The notes under the pieces: generated by a model
Seen by the model: the letters and a program-made list of their open reading frames with translations, nothing else
Database searches by the model: none
Told to the model about the DNA's origin: nothing
Position numbers and translations under genes: made by a program
Shown here: piece by piece, positions 38,191 through 47,667 of the stretch
Position numbering within the stretch: the first letter of the stretch is position 1
Layout of the letters: each line of letters opens with the position of its first letter
Source of the DNA: an uncultured Thermoplasmata archaeon
Lineage (GTDB): Archaea > Thermoplasmatota > Thermoplasmata > JAGHBH01
NCBI GenBank assembly: GCA_964601625.1
Contig: CAZROC010000002.1
Coordinates: 80,694-144,693, forward strand
Direction: 5' to 3'
Length of the DNA: 64,000 nucleotides

Positions 38191-38927
38191 CCAACCACCC
38201 CTTCACGTGCATATTTCAAAAATTCAAAGAATCCCTCAACATTTCCACAGTCAAACCTGAAACCGTTTATTATCACCGCATAAATGTCCTCTGTCCTCAT
38301 CAATTTCTTCAATCCATCAGTCAGCTCTATTTCCCCTGTTCTTGGATTTCTACCTCCAATAGATCCGAATATACTGTCTGTGAGAAAATATCTTCCTACA
38401 ATAACCAGCCCATTCAGGATTTTTTCGCTCGGTTTTTCAATAAGATCCTTTACAAGAAAAATGCCATCTTTTATTTCCTCTCCCACAACAACACCATACC
38501 TTCTCATATGATCAGATCTGCTCACACCAATCACTGTGGAACCGAATTCATCATAAACTTCTTTCAGCTTTGACATAGGAGGCTTTTCGGAGACTATTAC
38601 ATCATCTGGTAAAACAACACCAAAAACATCATCTATCCACTCACTAACTAGGGTTATGGCATCACCGAGCCCCCTGGGCTCAGTCTGTATAAAGTATTTG
38701 TATTCAAAATTAGTGTAATTCTTGTTCAGATATTCTTTCAAAATCTCCTTTCTCGGATTTATAACAACACCTAACTTTTTCACGCCCCACACTGTGATTT
38801 CCTCCATAATATAATCTATTACCACCCTGTTGTTTACGATAGGCAACAGCTCTTTCGGGGCATTATCTGAGATTTTTTTCATTCTCTTCCCATCTCCAGC
38901 GGCGGGTATCACCACTTTATCTATCAC
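38187..38927 (-). CDS. Sugar-phosphate nucleotidyltransferase (UTP/dTTP-glucose-1-phosphate type)
   Basis: 246 aa. PAAGDGKRMK N-terminal nucleotide-binding motif. Confidence 0.6.
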   Translation of the reverse strand: MIDKVVIPAAGDGKRMKKISDNAPKELLPIVNNRVVIDYIMEEITVWGVKKLGVVINPRKEILKEYLNKNYTNFEYKYFIQTEPRGLGDAITLVSEWIDDVFGVVLPDDVIVSEKPPMSKLKEVYDEFGSTVIGVSRSDHMRRYGVVVGEEIKDGIFLVKDLIEKPSEKILNGLVIVGRYFLTDSIFGSIGGRNPRTGEIELTDGLKKLMRTEDIYAVIINGFRFDCGNVEGFFEFLKYAREGVVG

Positions 38928-39797
38928 TCCCTCACCCCGTATTTTTCCTTCATTTCATCATTTACCTTCTTCACAGCGCGATGTAATGGAACATTCCTGT
39001 ACTCTTCTGCAAACCTGATGAACGCGGTAAGGTCCTTTGGTAAGCACTTTCCGCCGAAGGCCTTACCGTGCACGGTTCCATACTTGCCTATGCGGGGATC
39101 AAGTGCTACGGCCTGTGCAACTATATTTGAGTCAATACCCAGTTCCTTGCACACCAAAAAAATTTCGTTCCAGTAAGATATCCTTGCCGCCAGAGCGTTG
39201 TTGGAGGCATATTTTATCATCTCCGCGGTTTTGTAATCAGTTCTTATCACCGGTACGGTTATATCGGAATAAAGTTCATCCAGTATTTCATCGCCCCATT
39301 TTTTATTATCTCCCTCTCCCATAACCAATCTATGCTCATTTTCTGGGGTTATGGAGTATCTATCATCATCAATCCATGTGCTATGGATCTCAGTTAGAAA
39401 CTCGGGACTGTAAATGATACCAATTCTGTTTGAATTTCTTAATTTTTTAAAAATAGGTATTACAACTTTTTCTGTTGTACCCGGAAGAATGGTAGATTTC
39501 AATATTACTATATGACCCCTTTTAGATTTTTCCAGAGTCTTTGCTAGGACACATGAAGCGTTTATTATATAATCCAATATCTGATTGCCTTGGTAATCTG
39601 TAGGAGTTGGTACAGCTATAAACAAATATCTACACTCAGAGAGTTCCTCGATTTCCACAGTGGCGTTGAATCCATTGTTTTTCATATCATCCACAACATT
39701 TGGATTTATATCATAGAATTTGACATCAAAACCCTTTTGATGAAGTATTTTCCGGTGGCTTTACCCACAAATCCTGCGCCTATTATTCCAATGCTCA
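38924..39797 (-). pseudogene. UDP-glucose/GDP-mannose 6-dehydrogenase, apparently frameshifted near its 5' end
   Basis: Rossmann start MSIGIIGAGFVGKATGKYF is encoded at 39797..39740 in a different frame from the main ORF 38924..39694 (..FIAVPTPTDY.., catalytic C in GGKCLPKD). A single frameshift near ~39730 would join them. Confidence 0.4.
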
Positions 39798-39829
39798 TAA
39801 GATACCACCTATCACTCTAATTCTATATT

Positions 39830-39965
39830 CGTCGCCCGCAATTTCGGACAACGTTCTGGGCATATCCGAAGTTCCGAGCGGAGCGAGGAATTTGGACGGA
39901 GCGTCAGCGAAGTCGGATATGCACCTGTTAGGCGACCCGAAGGGCAAGGCTGTGAGCGCAAAATT
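39830..39965. repeat. attC-like cassette repeat (copy 12)
   Basis: CGTCGCCCGCAATTTCGGACAACGTTCTGGGCATATCCGAAGTTCCGAGCGGAGCGAGGAATTTGGACGGAGCGTCAGCGAAGTCGGATATGCACCTGTTAGGCGACCC. Internal stem GCATATCCG/CGGATATGC. Confidence 0.7.
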
Positions 39966-41067
39966 ATATTTCAATACCAATGGGATATGCATCTATATGT
40001 CCCTCCTTCCAAAGTTTTGCTGGATCAGGAATCTTTTCTATTTTTGCATTTTTTGTTCCAGCACCATAAACCCTATAAATGTAAAATTTATCTCCTTTTT
40101 CTTTCATTAATCTCCATTGATCTTTTGACACTTGGAACCAAGCTTTTTCGTATTCCTTTGTGGATTTAACCTCGATAAAAATCTCATCTCCATATTCTGT
40201 AATTTTTATGTCATAGTGCTGTCCACTTTCTCCGTTTTTATTTAACCATATTACTTCTACAATTACACTACCATCTTTTTCTAATTTAAAGCCTTGCTCA
40301 GTATCCAATAAAGAGGTGTCGGGATACTTTTTTCTCATTTCATCTTTAATGCACCTAAGAGCATATTCTTCTCCCCATCGTCCAATATCTTCTTTGGCTT
40401 TTTTACTCAAGACTCCGGTAGATTGTGCCCAATCTCCATGTGGTCTGGTTGCGGACTTTTTATCTGAAAGTTTTACCTTCTTCTCTGTTGTTTCTTCTTT
40501 TACTTCTTTAGGAGCATATTCTTCTACATTGATGGGAACATCTTTTGGAGAAAATTCTGGAGTCCATTCTTTTTCTTTTGTTTCATCTAAAATATCTTCA
40601 TCGGTTGAGATAACTGTTTCTCCTGCCAATCCTGACAAATCTTGAGTTGAGGTTTCTGCTGGTATTTGGGTGATTTTTTCAATCTCTGCTTTCTCTTCTG
40701 CGGAGTAAACTTCTTTCGATTCACTCTCTAACAATTGCTTTTCTTTCTCTGCTTTTTCTACTGTTTCTATTTCTTTAATTTTAGAGACCCTTTTTAAAAT
40801 TCTTTCTTCGGATTTGGGCAAGGCCTCTATATTTTTAACACTCATTATATTCTCTGCATTGGGGCTATTACTCATTATATTCATTATAAAATCATCAAGA
40901 CCCTTGATTTCACCAAATACTTTAGAGAACTCCACTGCGAGGTCGTATATGCTACCATCACTCTTCATATATATACAATTCTTGTCCTTATGGAAAATAC
41001 ATGTTTTTTCAGCTTCTTTGTTTATTTCTCTCCATTCATTGACCTTTATTGAATATCTTACTCCCAA
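39964..41067 (-). CDS. PD-(D/E)xK-like (DUF3883-like) C-terminal domain protein
   Basis: 367 aa. C-terminal D...EVK (DIKITEYGDEIFIEVKST) restriction-endonuclease-fold motif. Glu/Lys-rich middle. Confidence 0.4.
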   Translation of the reverse strand: MGVRYSIKVNEWREINKEAEKTCIFHKDKNCIYMKSDGSIYDLAVEFSKVFGEIKGLDDFIMNIMSNSPNAENIMSVKNIEALPKSEERILKRVSKIKEIETVEKAEKEKQLLESESKEVYSAEEKAEIEKITQIPAETSTQDLSGLAGETVISTDEDILDETKEKEWTPEFSPKDVPINVEEYAPKEVKEETTEKKVKLSDKKSATRPHGDWAQSTGVLSKKAKEDIGRWGEEYALRCIKDEMRKKYPDTSLLDTEQGFKLEKDGSVIVEVIWLNKNGESGQHYDIKITEYGDEIFIEVKSTKEYEKAWFQVSKDQWRLMKEKGDKFYIYRVYGAGTKNAKIEKIPDPAKLWKEGHIDAYPIGIEI

Positions 41068-44000
41068 ATTGTCAGTAACATAAACTTTAATTTCTCCAGT
41101 TTTTCAAGCACACTCTTCTCCTTGAGTTTTTCATATTCTTCATTTTCCTCCCAGTAAAGGTATCGTAAAACATACGGTATGATATCTTGAATGAGTTTGG
41201 TACGTTTATCATCTTTTGAGAATGTTGTCTTTTCTACCAAAGGCTCAATCTCCACATTTTCAGATAAATAATGGAGGTCACAAGCTTTAATGAAGAATTT
41301 TATTTTATCTGGATGATAGCCATCCGGTAGCCAGAGAAAACCGATATTTTCCTCATCTTTGAATAATTCATAAAGCTCATTATTATCGTTTATGAAAATA
41401 TCTCCACCGTTAGACCAGAAATCACCTTTATTAATAAGAAAAATCGATTTTTTGATAAAATCATTCCACCAATCTTCCTTAGATATAGGATTTTCAATTT
41501 TATCTGGATCTGGATTCAAGTTACGGTTTAGTTCTTCGTATATTCTTATGATTATCTTCTTATCCTCATCAGATATGTGACTTTTCTCGGATATAGAATA
41601 CAAAACATCCGCATAGTCTTTCGGCGTGGGTTTTTCACTTATACCAATCTTTTCCACAAAGAATCTTCTGAATTTCGAATAATATTTCTCAAGATATATT
41701 CTATTTTTACCAAAAATATTGCTAACATCTTTCCATATAACTTCCCCGCCACTGTAGTAATTTTTATCTGTATCAGGAATAAAAATCAAAGAATTTTGCT
41801 TAAATGCTTCTTTGATTTTAGTGGCATCCTCCCAAAAATGTTCATCTAAGAATCTATATAACTTTTCAAATTTCTCTTTATCTTTACTTTCTTGCTTAAC
41901 AAGGACTTTTAGGTAATTTAAAACGCCCTCTACGCTGGCTTGCGTATTGATGCCCAGAGTTCTAATAAAATCTTCATTTTCAATTTTTACCGCTAAGTAT
42001 GGAACAGTGTCGCCTAAAACTTCGCGGATTTCTGGTTTATCCAAAAATACCTCTGACGGTTTTGCTAAAGTATTTTGAGTTGTTGGGAGCCATGAAGTAC
42101 TTTTAAGTAAATGGACCCATGTAGAATCTGTATGAGCAGAATACCAGGCATAATATTGCCATTTATAAGTTAAATCTTTATATTTTGATATTTCAGACCA
42201 TTGTTTTTGTAGCAACCTTAAGAGGTGGATCATCTTTGATTTTTCACCACGGTTAAGTATTCTATCTAGAAACTCAATAGTATAATCTTCAATTTCTTGA
42301 CTTGTATAATCCCAAGAGGGATTATAACGAGAGCTGTAGTAAGTATTACTTCTTCTTAATTTTTCTTTCTTATCTGCTGATAAATAGCTTCCATCACATC
42401 TAATTACTCGCAATCCTGAATCCACTCCCATTTTCAAGAAAAAGTCTCTCCATTCTCTAATCTTTTTCTCTTTTTCTTCTTTTAGGTCTATAATCTTCTT
42501 TTCTATTTTCTTTACTTCTTTTCTATGTTTCTTTTTCCACTTCTTACTTTTCCCCTGTATTTTGTTTTTTAACTCCAAAATTTCATTATCAATTCGTTTT
42601 AACTCTTGTTCAAGATAACAGAAATGCGCGAAACTTACATCTATACCTTCAAATAACGTCTCTAAATCATTTTCGTTTCCATAACTCCTTGGCAAATATA
42701 CATTCTCTGGATAGTTATACTGTTTTTCTCCTTCATCATCTTTATTAATACGAATACGAAGCGATTTTTTAAGACGTTTTAATGGATCTTCTTTAGTTTC
42801 CCAAGATGCTTTATTGGCATTTAACCTTCTATCGCTTTCTCTTTCGTATTTGTCTGTATTATCTTTGATATACATAACATATCCGATAAGAGTCCTTGAA
42901 TCTTTTTGTTTCCAATCTTCACTTTCATAAACGGGCAAAATATGATCTTCAATGATTTCGTAAGGGTGTGCTTGTTTAAGTCCTAATCTCTGGAGGAATT
43001 CTGAAATTATTTTATCTCTCTCTTCTTTCTTCCGCTTTGAAATAGTATCTATAATATCCCTTTTAATTATTCTGAGCTCATCTTCAAAGCCATATACTGC
43101 TTTTCTCTCCAGCGGGAAGAATACAGCACCTTTATTTATAGATGTCAGTTCTCCATTTTCCAATTTTATAATCTCTAAACTCCTAAGTCGTTCTAAGTGC
43201 TCATCAGATAGCTTTTTCTTGCTAAGATAGTTAAATAGCTTTGCAAACCATTCTTCATTCTTGTTTTCGATCCATTCCTTGTTCTCCAGACACTTAATTA
43301 GGTCATCAATTGAAAAATCATTAACTCCCAGTTTTTGAAGAACTTGCCTTTTAGCCTTTATCTTATCCGATAGATATTCTTTTCCAAAAAATTTCTGGAG
43401 ATCTTCGTTGGTTACTATTTCTTTTATTTCATCATCACCAATTAAAACCTCTGAAGGTCTCTTCCACTTATTTGTTTTTGTCAAAATACATGCTTCCTCC
43501 TTAAGTCTCTCATATATTTGTTCTACTACTGGTAAAAAGAAATCGTCTTTTATTTCTTCTTTGAGAGGAAGATAATTGTAAAAGTTGTATTTTAAATTTT
43601 CATCATTTTTGAATTCTCTAACAGCATCTAGAAATACTCCAATAATGGAATCCCTCAGCCACATGTTCCATCTATTATCATCTTTCTTTATATCCTCTCG
43701 GTCCCCTGTTAAAAGAAAATCTGCTTGGATGATAAACTTAAACCCATATTTATTAATTGGAAGAAAAGCGAAAACAAATTGCTCTTCCGATGTTTTCGAA
43801 TTGCCGCTATTTTCAAGAGGAAATGCTAAAATTATTTCAGTAGTATCAACATCAACCTCTTTCATCATTTGATTTTTGAGATAAACTTTCAACTCAGTGG
43901 GTATTGTCATTTGTTTCTTAACAACTCTCCATCTTTGTTCATTACTGTTATGTAATACCCAAATTTCATTTCTCTTCTTTTCTTTTTTAAAGTACATACT

Positions 44001-44660
44001 TTCATTAGTCACTTTATTTTCAACTTTTATTATTTTAATATTCTTAAGAAATAGTAGCAAAGGAGGGGACATTTGATTTACCTGACCTAAAACTTCTTTT
44101 ACCTTCTTTTCCTCTTCAGCGAAAGGCAATATAATATTTGTGTATTCTCGCTTAATAAATTCTGGAGGACTATCAACCCAAAGAGGTCTAATCAAAGTAA
44201 GAGGCTCCTCTTTTTCATAATGAAACTTAAAACTAAATCCATTTGAATAAATATATGGATCATTAGTGATAGAAAAGACAGATTTAAATCCAACCCCGAA
44301 CTCACCGATAAAACCAACTTTTCTCTTAGTAGAACCAAAAAATTGGCATAGTTTTTCAACATTTTCCTTTCTAAATCCCATTTCATTATTTAGTATCCAC
44401 AAACAATAAGGATAACCTTTTTCTCCGTAATTGATTATATAAATCTCCAAAGAAGGATCTGAAACATCGTAATTATTATCATCAGCGTTTTGTATTAGTT
44501 CTATAATAAATCTAGGTCTGGTATTAAGGCGATCTAAAATTCTTTTTACACCTTTATAATCCACTGGAGTATATCCACCTCTATTTTTCTTTTCTATCTC
44601 CTCAGAGACCCGTTTTTGAATATTTTCAATAATTTCTTTTGGATTTGACTTATGCTTCAT
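41058..44660 (-). CDS. Very large protein with N-terminal GHKL (sacsin/Hsp90-like HATPase_c) domain
   Basis: 1200 aa. IIELIQNADDN motif. Overlaps the downstream PD-(D/E)xK gene by 10 nt. Confidence 0.5.
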   Translation of the reverse strand: MKHKSNPKEIIENIQKRVSEEIEKKNRGGYTPVDYKGVKRILDRLNTRPRFIIELIQNADDNNYDVSDPSLEIYIINYGEKGYPYCLWILNNEMGFRKENVEKLCQFFGSTKRKVGFIGEFGVGFKSVFSITNDPYIYSNGFSFKFHYEKEEPLTLIRPLWVDSPPEFIKREYTNIILPFAEEEKKVKEVLGQVNQMSPPLLLFLKNIKIIKVENKVTNESMYFKKEKKRNEIWVLHNSNEQRWRVVKKQMTIPTELKVYLKNQMMKEVDVDTTEIILAFPLENSGNSKTSEEQFVFAFLPINKYGFKFIIQADFLLTGDREDIKKDDNRWNMWLRDSIIGVFLDAVREFKNDENLKYNFYNYLPLKEEIKDDFFLPVVEQIYERLKEEACILTKTNKWKRPSEVLIGDDEIKEIVTNEDLQKFFGKEYLSDKIKAKRQVLQKLGVNDFSIDDLIKCLENKEWIENKNEEWFAKLFNYLSKKKLSDEHLERLRSLEIIKLENGELTSINKGAVFFPLERKAVYGFEDELRIIKRDIIDTISKRKKEERDKIISEFLQRLGLKQAHPYEIIEDHILPVYESEDWKQKDSRTLIGYVMYIKDNTDKYERESDRRLNANKASWETKEDPLKRLKKSLRIRINKDDEGEKQYNYPENVYLPRSYGNENDLETLFEGIDVSFAHFCYLEQELKRIDNEILELKNKIQGKSKKWKKKHRKEVKKIEKKIIDLKEEKEKKIREWRDFFLKMGVDSGLRVIRCDGSYLSADKKEKLRRSNTYYSSRYNPSWDYTSQEIEDYTIEFLDRILNRGEKSKMIHLLRLLQKQWSEISKYKDLTYKWQYYAWYSAHTDSTWVHLLKSTSWLPTTQNTLAKPSEVFLDKPEIREVLGDTVPYLAVKIENEDFIRTLGINTQASVEGVLNYLKVLVKQESKDKEKFEKLYRFLDEHFWEDATKIKEAFKQNSLIFIPDTDKNYYSGGEVIWKDVSNIFGKNRIYLEKYYSKFRRFFVEKIGISEKPTPKDYADVLYSISEKSHISDEDKKIIIRIYEELNRNLNPDPDKIENPISKEDWWNDFIKKSIFLINKGDFWSNGGDIFINDNNELYELFKDEENIGFLWLPDGYHPDKIKFFIKACDLHYLSENVEIEPLVEKTTFSKDDKRTKLIQDIIPYVLRYLYWEENEEYEKLKEKSVLEKLEKLKFMLLTIWE

Positions 44661-44687
44661 ATTCTATATCACCAATCCCAATTATAT

Positions 44688-44865
44688 CGCTCACAGCCTT
44701 GCGTTGCCGAAGGCAATGTCGCCTAACGTTTTGCGGGTATGCGAAGTTGCCCGATAGGGCAATTTGGGTGAGCAACGAAGGTGCGAACCGCATACCCGCC
44801 TGTTATATTCCCCGAGCGTAGCGAGGGCGAGGAGCGTTAGCGACGAGAGTTGCGGGCGAAAGGTA
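44688..44865. repeat. attC-like cassette repeat (copy 13)
   Basis: GCGTTGCCGAAGGCAATGTCGCCTAACGTTTTGCGGGTATGCGAAGTTGCCCGATAGGGCAATTTGGGTGAGC...CCGCATACCCGCCTGTTATATTCC...GAGAGTTGCGGGCGAAAGG. Internal stem GGGTATGCG/CGCATACCC. Confidence 0.7.
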
Positions 44866-44883
44866 CGTTTAAAGATGAGTATA

Positions 44884-45816
44884 CTATTTGGTTTCATAGT
44901 TTAAACCCCACAAATGTTTTTTAAATTTATTTATATTATCGATATTAAGACTTTTAGCTATAAAACGATCAAAGCCCAAACTGAAACCTCCATGGTTGGT
45001 AGGATTTTCTTCTAAGACTTTTAAATAAAACATATAGTCTCTTGGATTGACGCCAAACTCTTCCATTTTTTCAATAATAATTTTTATATTAGTTTCCCTT
45101 ATGCCACCTGAAGATATCTCCCAGCCTTTAAATATCAGGTCAAAAGCATGCTTATATTTATTATCATCATCGTATGATTTTATATAGAATTTCTTTACAG
45201 ATTTAGGATATTTTTTTATAAAAAACATGTCTCCCACAGTATTTTTCAACAAATTTGCTAGTTTTTTTTCACGATCCGGACCAATGTCTTCACCCCATTT
45301 AATATTTATACCATTATCATTTAGAAGAGATATAGCATCGTCGTATAGTATTACAGGTATTGGATATTTTACATCTCCTATTTTTAAATGATATTTTTTA
45401 AATATGCGGTCGGACACACATTTTATCATGTTGCCCAAAAAAGTCATCAGTTGATCTTCGGTCGAAATACCAGCCATTTCTACATCTATTGTCCAGAATT
45501 CATCATTATGTCTTTCAGTTTTTTCTACATTATCTCTCCATGTAGGGCATATTTCATAAACTCTCTGCAAACCATAGCATACAGCCATTTGTTTAAACAT
45601 TTGAGGAGATTGCGCTAATAACCCACGTTTCTGCCCATTAGTCGAAAACACTATAAATATCTCCTTTTTCGTCCCCCGTATAGGGTCTGTAGCGACAGGC
45701 ACAAGTTTTGGTGTAAGTATTTCTACAAAATCTTTACTTCTGAGATAAGACCGAAAGAAAAATAAAACATCATCCATATATTTTAATATCTCCTTTTTAT
45801 TATTGATTCTCATCAT
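44884..45816 (-). CDS. Class II aaRS catalytic-core-only paralog (AsnA-like / AspRS-like, no anticodon-binding domain)
   Basis: 310 aa. FVEILTPKL, QSPQMFKQ...RVYEICPTWRDNVEKTERHNDEFWTIDVEM (motif 2), HGGFSLGFDRF (motif 3). Confidence 0.6.
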   Translation of the reverse strand: MMRINNKKEILKYMDDVLFFFRSYLRSKDFVEILTPKLVPVATDPIRGTKKEIFIVFSTNGQKRGLLAQSPQMFKQMAVCYGLQRVYEICPTWRDNVEKTERHNDEFWTIDVEMAGISTEDQLMTFLGNMIKCVSDRIFKKYHLKIGDVKYPIPVILYDDAISLLNDNGINIKWGEDIGPDREKKLANLLKNTVGDMFFIKKYPKSVKKFYIKSYDDDNKYKHAFDLIFKGWEISSGGIRETNIKIIIEKMEEFGVNPRDYMFYLKVLEENPTNHGGFSLGFDRFIAKSLNIDNINKFKKHLWGLNYETK

Positions 45817-45819
45817 ATA

Positions 45820-47658
45820 CTATTTACCTCCCAATTGGTGACCTTCATTATTATCTATACATAGATGCAGCTCTTTAAGCTGATCTTTTGAAACAGTAGA
45901 AGGAGTATCGTCCATCAGGCACCTTCCATCCTTATTTTTAGGAAATGCTATTACTTCTCTTATGGAGTCAACTCCTGCCATAATAGCAACAAGTCTATCT
46001 AAACCTAACGCAATTCCACCATGAACTGGTGCACCGTAATCCAGCAATTCTAACAATGATCCAAACTTAGTCATATATTCTTGGGGTGATAGCCCAATCA
46101 ATTTGAAGATTTTTTCTTGGAGTTTTCTATCATGGATTCTTATTGACCCTCCACCAACTTCCCAACCGTTAAGCACAAGATCATAAGCTTTAGATCTAAT
46201 CTCAGAAGGATCCTTCAAATCGTTTAATGAATCAATCTTCATTAATATCTCTATATGTTCATCTTTAGGAGATGTGAAAGGGTGATGAACACAAACCCAG
46301 CGTTCTTCTGTGTTGGAATACTCAAACATCGGAAAATCAACTACCCACAAAAACTGATACTCTTGTTTATCCAGTAACCCATAGTCTCTAGCGATCTTTA
46401 ATCTAATTTCTCCGAGTGTTTCTGAGACCTCTTTACCTCTTCCTGCCATAAGTATTAATAAATCTCCATCACTTAATTGGGTCCTCTCTATTATACGATT
46501 TATTTCCAATGTAGATAGATGTTTAGATATTTGTGATTTTAATTTATTGTCAATGAATTTAAACACAAAAACCCCCTTGTCTCCTTTACTTCTAACAAAA
46601 TTTGAGATTTTATCAATATACTTACGACTAATTTTATCTGCTAATTTTGGTATTTTTATACATTTAATAACACCATTATTATTAAGAACTTCTCTAAATA
46701 TAGTAACAGATGTATTTTTGAAAATGTCAGATAAATCTACAATTTTAGATTTAAAGCGTAAATCTGGTTTATCTGTGCCGAATTTATTAATAACATCATC
46801 ATATGAGTATATAGGGAAAGGTGTTTTTATTTTAATATCAAGTGTTTCTCTAAAAATATACTTCAAAAGGTCTTCGATAGTTCTAAAAATATCTATGGGC
46901 TCTACCCATGACATTTCAATATCTATTTGTGTGAATTCTGGCTGTCTGTCTGCTCTTAAGTCCTCATCTCGTAGGCATTTTGCAATTTGATAATACTTGT
47001 CAAATCCTGCTATCATCAATTTTTGTTTATATTGTTGGGGAGATTGAGGCAAGGCATAAAATTTTCCAGTGTGAAGACGGGATGGAACCAAAAAGTCCCT
47101 AGCGCCTTCAGGAGTTGGTTTTGCGAGAATTGGCGTTTCAATATACACGAATCCTTTTTCAAATAGATAGTGCATGGTATAATTAATCACCTTACTTCTC
47201 AAAATGATTCTATTTTGCATGTCCTTTCTCCTTAAATAAATGGGTCTCCACCGTAGTTTAGATTCATCATATATCTTCGCATTATCCTCAACTGGAATGG
47301 GTAAAGGTTTTGCTTTATTGTATATAAAGCACTCTTTCACTATGACCTCAATATCTCCCGTTTTTATATGTGGGTTTTTTAAATTTTCCGGTCGTTCTTT
47401 GACAACACCTTTTATTCCGATTGTACTATGAATATTTAAATGTCTTAAAACTTCAAATTGGTCTTCTTTTATCATGCTTCTATTGAAAACAAGCTGCACT
47501 TCCCCGTATCTATCAAATAGGTTCACAAATATCATACCACCATGCCATCGAAGACTTTTAATCCACCCAGATAGGACAACTTCTTTTCCCACATCTTTCA
47601 ATGTCAATTCTCCACACGTATGAGTCCTATATTTTTTTACCTTTTTCATGATTATCAC
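45820..47658 (-). CDS. aspS: Aspartyl-tRNA synthetase, bacterial-type length (with insertion domain)
   Basis: 612 aa. N-terminal OB fold, FVYIETPILAKPTPEGARDFLVPSR, QSPQQYKQ, FRDEDLRADRQPEFTQIDIEMSW, GAPVHGGIALGLDRLV. Confidence 0.8.
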   Translation of the reverse strand: MIIMKKVKKYRTHTCGELTLKDVGKEVVLSGWIKSLRWHGGMIFVNLFDRYGEVQLVFNRSMIKEDQFEVLRHLNIHSTIGIKGVVKERPENLKNPHIKTGDIEVIVKECFIYNKAKPLPIPVEDNAKIYDESKLRWRPIYLRRKDMQNRIILRSKVINYTMHYLFEKGFVYIETPILAKPTPEGARDFLVPSRLHTGKFYALPQSPQQYKQKLMIAGFDKYYQIAKCLRDEDLRADRQPEFTQIDIEMSWVEPIDIFRTIEDLLKYIFRETLDIKIKTPFPIYSYDDVINKFGTDKPDLRFKSKIVDLSDIFKNTSVTIFREVLNNNGVIKCIKIPKLADKISRKYIDKISNFVRSKGDKGVFVFKFIDNKLKSQISKHLSTLEINRIIERTQLSDGDLLILMAGRGKEVSETLGEIRLKIARDYGLLDKQEYQFLWVVDFPMFEYSNTEERWVCVHHPFTSPKDEHIEILMKIDSLNDLKDPSEIRSKAYDLVLNGWEVGGGSIRIHDRKLQEKIFKLIGLSPQEYMTKFGSLLELLDYGAPVHGGIALGLDRLVAIMAGVDSIREVIAFPKNKDGRCLMDDTPSTVSKDQLKELHLCIDNNEGHQLGGK

Positions 47659-47667
47659 CTCAATTTT

